In this document: one piece after another, positions 57,120 to 64,000 of the stretch
Layout: each line of letters begins with the position of its first letter
Position numbering within the stretch: the first letter of the stretch is position 1
Assembly: GCA_050949045.1 (NCBI GenBank)
Contig: JBMNEZ010000001.1
Span: 1,120,001 to 1,184,000 of the forward strand
Direction of reading: 5' to 3'
DNA: 64,000 nt
DNA from: Candidatus Izemoplasmatales bacterium
GTDB taxonomy: Bacteria; Bacillota_I; Bacilli_A; Izemoplasmatales; Hujiaoplasmataceae
Program-made: the position numbers and the translations under genes
Notes under the pieces: model-generated
What the model saw: the letters and a program-made list of their open reading frames with translations, nothing else
The model's database searches: none
What the model was told of the DNA's origin: nothing

Positions 57120-59123
57120 ATGGCAGAACCCAAAAAACCAGTCAAAAAGCCAGCCCCCAATCGCGCGTCTCATTTTATGATGATCGCGCTTTTGGTCATT
57201 CTCTCAATCGCGATCATTCTCAATTTTAACAAAGCCAATGCCCCGGTCGAACTCCGAAACGACCAGTTTGAATCCGTTCTTACTAATCAAGGGGTTATCA
57301 GCGTGTTTGCGACTCCCCTTGGCGGAGAAAACAACTTCGGCTGCTATAAGCTGACCGGAAGGTTGGTTACCAACGACGGCAGTCGCCTTGAATTTATCGT
57401 CTATCTCGCAAACCAGACCGAACTTGATCACATCCGCGAAATCATCCGTTCTTTGAACAATGATGCGAATCCGAACAATGACGTTTCCTTCAAATTCATC
57501 CCGGCAGCGACCTACAGTTGGATCAACGTTTTGTTTCCGATCGTATTGGTTGCCGGCATCGTCATCATGCTCGTCTTCATGATGCGGGGTGGAACCAATG
57601 CTAACAAGCAAGCCTTAGATTTTGGCAAAAGCCGTGCTAAGTTGAGCAAAAACCAGAAGACGACCTTCAACGATGTCGCCGGCTGTGACGAGGAAAAGGA
57701 AGAACTGAAAGAAATCATCGACTTTTTGAAATCCCCGAAAAAATACATTGACCTTGGAGCGAGGATTCCAAAGGGCGTATTATTGGTCGGCCCTCCTGGA
57801 ACAGGCAAGACCCTGATCGCCCGCGCCGTTGCCGGCGAGGCGAATGTCCCCTTCTACTTTGTGAGTGGTTCCGACTTTCTGGAAATGTTTGTTGGCGTCG
57901 GCGCCAGCCGTGTCCGCGACATGTTCAAAACCGCTAAACAAAACGCTCCCTGTCTCCTCTTTATCGATGAAATCGATGCCGTCGGCAGACAAAGAGGCAC
58001 CGGCCTTGGCGGCGGCCACGACGAACGCGAACAGACTTTGAACCAGCTTTTAGTCGAGATGGACGGCTTTGGCCACAATTCCGGCGTCATCGTCCTCGCG
58101 GCCACCAACAGAGTCGACATCCTCGACCCTGCCTTGATGCGTCCCGGTCGGTTCGATCGCCAGATTTATGTAGGCACCCCAGATATCAAAGGCCGTGCCG
58201 AAATTCTCAAGGTCCATGCCCGCAGAAAGAAAATCAATCAAAAAGTCACTTTCGAAGAGATCGCCAGGCGCACCCCCGGTTTCACCGGTGCCGATCTTGA
58301 AAATCTGATGAACGAAGCCGCCTTGTTGGCCGCCAGGGAAAATAAAAAAGAAATCGACATGTCTCATATCGACGAAGCCGTCGACAGAGTCATGATGGGC
58401 CCGGCGAAAAAATCCCGCGTCATCAGTAAAAAAGAGCGCCAAATCATCGCCATCCATGAATCCGGTCACGCCGTCATCGGCCTCAAACTAAAAAGCGCCA
58501 ATATCGTCCACAAGGTGACGATCATCCCGCGCGGCCAAGCCGGCGGATATAATTTGATGTTGCCGGAGGAAGAACAGGCTTTCCTTAGAACCAAGCAGAA
58601 CCTTCTCGAGATTATCACCGGCCTTCTCGGCGGGAGGGTTGCCGAAGAAGTGGTCTTCAATGAGATTTCGACGGGAGCCCACACCGACTTACAAAGGGCA
58701 ACTTCGATTGCCAGATCGATGATCACCGAGTACGGCATGTCCGAAAACCTAGGCCCTGTCACTTATGAACAAAACACCGGTACGGTTTTCCTCGGCCGCG
58801 ACTACGGCAAAGACAAAAATTTCTCCGAAGCGATTGCGACCGAAATCGACCGTGAAGTCCGGGGAATCATCCATAATTGTTACGAAAGCGCCCGCAAAGT
58901 CATCACCGAAAACAGGGCTCTGCTCGAGAAAATATCTCATTATTTGCTTGAAGTCGAGACGCTTACCAAAGAAGACATCGACGAAATTGTCGAAACAGGA
59001 AAACTCTCCCGTTGGGACGATATCCTCGCAAGCAATCCCGACACCACCAGCCCGGAAACAAAAGAGGAATCAAATACCGAGGCCGAACCGCCCAAATCGG
59101 AACCAAAGCAAGAAGACAAATAA
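57120..59123 (+). CDS. ftsH: ATP-dependent zinc metalloprotease FtsH
   Basis: 2 [19 protein letters not shown] (RPGRFDR), HESGH. Confidence 0.97.
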   Translation: MAEPKKPVKKPAPNRASHFMMIALLVILSIAIILNFNKANAPVELRNDQFESVLTNQGVISVFATPLGGENNFGCYKLTGRLVTNDGSRLEFIVYLANQTELDHIREIIRSLNNDANPNNDVSFKFIPAATYSWINVLFPIVLVAGIVIMLVFMMRGGTNANKQALDFGKSRAKLSKNQKTTFNDVAGCDEEKEELKEIIDFLKSPKKYIDLGARIPKGVLLVGPPGTGKTLIARAVAGEANVPFYFVSGSDFLEMFVGVGASRVRDMFKTAKQNAPCLLFIDEIDAVGRQRGTGLGGGHDEREQTLNQLLVEMDGFGHNSGVIVLAATNRVDILDPALMRPGRFDRQIYVGTPDIKGRAEILKVHARRKKINQKVTFEEIARRTPGFTGADLENLMNEAALLAARENKKEIDMSHIDEAVDRVMMGPAKKSRVISKKERQIIAIHESGHAVIGLKLKSANIVHKVTIIPRGQAGGYNLMLPEEEQAFLRTKQNLLEIITGLLGGRVAEEVVFNEISTGAHTDLQRATSIARSMITEYGMSENLGPVTYEQNTGTVFLGRDYGKDKNFSEAIATEIDREVRGIIHNCYESARKVITENRALLEKISHYLLEVETLTKEDIDEIVETGKLSRWDDILASNPDTTSPETKEESNTEAEPPKSEPKQEDK

Positions 59124-59129
59124 GATTTT

Positions 59130-59154
59130 GGGATACCGGAGGGTATCCCTTCTT
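59130..59154 (+). terminator. Terminator after ftsH
   Basis: gggatacc-ggag-ggtatccc-ttctt. Confidence 0.6.
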
Positions 59155-59169
59155 ATATGGGAGGCCGCT

Positions 59170-59424
59170 ATGCGTCTTGACAAATACTTAAAAGTGTCAC
59201 GTATCTTCAAGCGCCGCATTATCGCCAAAGAGGTCGCCAATATGCACAAGGTGCTTATAAACGGCCGAATCGCGAAACCAAGCAACGCCGTTTCAGTGAA
59301 CGATCTGATTACCATCATCTACCAAAACAAGGAAGTCACGATTAAGGTTCTAGAACTCGCCACTAAGGAAAGCAAGGACAAAGCGGCGTCCCTCTATGAG
59401 ATCGTCAGTGAAAAATCCAAGTAA
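59170..59424 (+). CDS. yabO: S4-domain RNA-binding protein (YabO/RqcP-like)
   Basis: MRLDKYLKVSRIFKRR..AKE; GGGAGG RBS. Confidence 0.88.
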   Translation: MRLDKYLKVSRIFKRRIIAKEVANMHKVLINGRIAKPSNAVSVNDLITIIYQNKEVTIKVLELATKESKDKAASLYEIVSEKSK

Positions 59425-59437
59425 AGGAAAGTATCAG

Positions 59438-61950
<2,513 letters not shown>

Positions 61951-61961
61951 ATACAATAAAC

Positions 61962-61990
61962 AATAAAGGCGGAAATCCGCCTTTATTTTT
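61962..61990. terminator. Bidirectional terminator
   Basis: aataaaggcgg-aaat-ccgcctttatttt; overlaps the stop of the convergent gene. Confidence 0.8.
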
Positions 61991-62915
61991 CTATATCTTC
62001 GGTTTGTTTTGATGATGTTTCTTCGTCGTTAACTACTTCGACTTCTTCAAGCCTCTCCAGTTCGACCTTCTCGGTTTCAAGCGGTTTGCTTTCCTGCATT
62101 TTGGCCTGTTCGGCTTCATAGTCATAGACATAATCCTCGACATCAACCAGGTTGCGGAATTTTTCTCGCGCCCTTTCGGCCATATGATGCTTCTTGCCGT
62201 TGGCGATTACGAAAGCCAGGCATTTGTCTTCTTCGAGAGCGTCCCCGATCTTATTGTAGTAAAGCGCCATCCGGTAATTGAAAATGAGTTTGGTCGAAAG
62301 ATAGCCGTCATGCTTGCCAAAATGGGCCTCGATCGCTTCCTTGTAGCCGGGAAGATCGGTGTCAATGTTCTGCATCGCTGTTAGAAGATGAATATAAGAA
62401 TTGACGAAGGGTTTGAATCTTGCATTTATCTTCGCTTCGCTGTTCTTGATTCGTTCAAGATTGAAGGCGAATTCCTCGGTATCGCCCAATTCATAGGCCG
62501 CATAGGCGGAAAAAGCGAATACGAGGATATGATAGATTGGGTTTAATCTTTTGAGTTCGACCATATGCATATGCTTGATCGCTTCGTCATATTTCCCATT
62601 GTAATACTTGGCCATTCCGAGATACATCGAATAAAGCGCCTTGATGTTTCTGGTCGGAGCGTTGTCATAGGCTTTTTGAGCGTATTCCTCCGCGGCTTCA
62701 ACCTCTAGATCATAATCGACGAGCATGTTGAATTTGGTCGAGAACATCTGTAAAGGCGCGCTGAGACGGTAACGAATATACATATAGGCGATCATGTAGA
62801 TGATGATCAGATACAGCCAATTGTCGATGTAAAGCCAGATGGCGTTGGTGACGGCGAGCGCCACACTCAAAACCAAGATGACAATAAGCGTGATCAGATA
62901 TTCTTTTCTGTTCAT
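61983..62915 (-). CDS. Hypothetical membrane-anchored TPR-like protein
   Basis: 2 N-terminal TM; YLGMAKYYNGKYDEAI-type helical repeats; acidic tail; AAGGAGG RBS. Confidence 0.7.
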   Translation of the reverse strand: MNRKEYLITLIVILVLSVALAVTNAIWLYIDNWLYLIIIYMIAYMYIRYRLSAPLQMFSTKFNMLVDYDLEVEAAEEYAQKAYDNAPTRNIKALYSMYLGMAKYYNGKYDEAIKHMHMVELKRLNPIYHILVFAFSAYAAYELGDTEEFAFNLERIKNSEAKINARFKPFVNSYIHLLTAMQNIDTDLPGYKEAIEAHFGKHDGYLSTKLIFNYRMALYYNKIGDALEEDKCLAFVIANGKKHHMAERAREKFRNLVDVEDYVYDYEAEQAKMQESKPLETEKVELERLEEVEVVNDEETSSKQTEDIEK

Positions 62916-62924
62916 ATAGCCTCC

Positions 62925-63506
62925 TTAGATATCCTTTCCGAGCAACACTTCGTCTTCCTTACAGGTGGCGATCCCCAAGGTGTCGCCAATTGATTGGAAA
63001 ATGTCGATGATGCCGTTGAAAGTTAATTCTATGTCGCCGATCGCTTTGTGGATCACAGCGTCGACATACAGCTTGAAGTTGTCCGGAATCAATGACTTGG
63101 TGATAACGATTGTCTCGAGTTCTTCCGCAAGATCTTCAAGGACATCTTCGTCAACTTTGATTTGCTGTTCCTTGAGTTCATAACGGAAATCCTCAATAAA
63201 AAGGATGGTGCTGATCACAAAATCATATTTCAACATTTCATGCAGATCGTCGTTGAAGTTCGTCTCCAGATAGAGTTTGACGGTCTGAAACTGGTCCGAG
63301 AGATACTCAAGCCCAACGACAAAGATCCGGTTTAAATCTTCAGTGGCTTCAAGTTCTTTTTTTGAAATCTTTTCTTCAAGATAAGACAACACTTCATAAA
63401 CGGGTTTGAAACGGTCGTAAAGACATGAGTCGTGTTCTTCAAGTTCCATGTAAAGATCCCGGTTTTCCTTATCCCATGATCGGAACTCTTTGATCAGTTT
63501 TTCCAT
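62925..63506 (-). CDS. Hypothetical acidic protein
   Basis: Open frame from MEKLIK after GGGAGG; 193 aa. Confidence 0.7.
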   Translation of the reverse strand: MEKLIKEFRSWDKENRDLYMELEEHDSCLYDRFKPVYEVLSYLEEKISKKELEATEDLNRIFVVGLEYLSDQFQTVKLYLETNFNDDLHEMLKYDFVISTILFIEDFRYELKEQQIKVDEDVLEDLAEELETIVITKSLIPDNFKLYVDAVIHKAIGDIELTFNGIIDIFQSIGDTLGIATCKEDEVLLGKDI

Positions 63507-63569
63507 ATGATACCGCCTCCCAAAGAGATGACAAATAGAAAAGCCACAGTTTAACTGTGCCCTTGCCAA

Positions 63570-64000
63570 TCAGGCTTTGTTGGCGGAACCGAACAGCAGA
63601 ATCTTTTCTCTGACAGCTTTCTTGATCGCCTCGAAACCGGGTGCGAGGAGTTTGCGGGGATCGAAGCCTTTGCCCTGAAGATCCTTGCCTTCCTCGATAT
63701 ATTTTCTGGTGGCGGCTGCGAAAACGAGTTGGCATTCGGTGTTGACATTGATCTTGGCAACGCCCATTGAGATCGCTTTTTTGATCATATCTTCAGGAAT
63801 GCCGGTGCCACCATGAAGAACCAACGGAACACCTTTGGTCATTTTGTTTATCCGGTCAAGAACCTCAAAATTTAGACCGGGCCAGTTTTCGGGATACTTG
63901 CCGTGGATGTTGCCGATGCCGGCAGCGAGGATGGTCACACCAAGGTCGGCGATCTTTTTGCATTCGTTGGGGTCGGCGATTTCGCCGCTACCAATGACGC
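63570..64000 (-). CDS. fba: Class II fructose-1,6-bisphosphate aldolase (5' part outside window)
   Basis: GNIHGKY, LVLHGGTG, KINVNTE, GFDPRK. Confidence 0.93.
   Translation of the reverse strand, partial: VIGSGEIADPNECKKIADLGVTILAAGIGNIHGKYPENWPGLNFEVLDRINKMTKGVPLVLHGGTGIPEDMIKKAISMGVAKINVNTECQLVFAAATRKYIEEGKDLQGKGFDPRKLLAPGFEAIKKAVREKILLFGSANKA

Noticed and set aside
58765..59169. 219-aa ORF fusing an ftsH alternative frame to yabO
   Set aside because: The S4 protein has its own RBS and ATG at 59170, and a terminator-like hairpin intervenes.

Overview
A 64-kb bacterial chromosome segment using genetic code 11 (TGA is a stop). Gene content and style suggest a low-GC Bacillota lineage, possibly Izemoplasmatales/Acholeplasmatales (inference only). 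Left to right: GDPD (5' truncated), an MFS transporter, a P-type ATPase under a yybP-ykoY (Mn2+) riboswitch, an Ig-repeat surface protein, an SDR plus a DUF2156/Eis-like fusion, and an MFS+GH2 sugar unit. Next come back-to-back pyrimidine (pyrB-R-C-K-D-F-E, PyrR attenuator) and purine (purE-L-C-F-M-N-H-D, guanine riboswitch) operons, then a membrane pyrophosphatase with xylAB, two large lipoproteins, a DUF2779 double nuclease, and an AT-rich integrase/XRE relic at the 3' end of an 11-tRNA cluster. The right part holds mnmG-rsmG-(two unknown membrane proteins)-parA-parB-DUF951-mazG, SRP RNA, tadA, tdk, rpmE, malic enzyme, maf, tilS-hpt-ftsH-yabO-(orphan metal-binding lipoprotein)-lysS, two hypotheticals and the 3' part of fba. 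Most of the window is housekeeping, and no CRISPR array or intact mobile element was seen. The best candidate for an undescribed system is the pair of translationally coupled 399-aa membrane proteins inside the partitioning operon, which look like catalytically degenerate HD-GYP domains. All calls come from motif recognition by eye; no searches were run.
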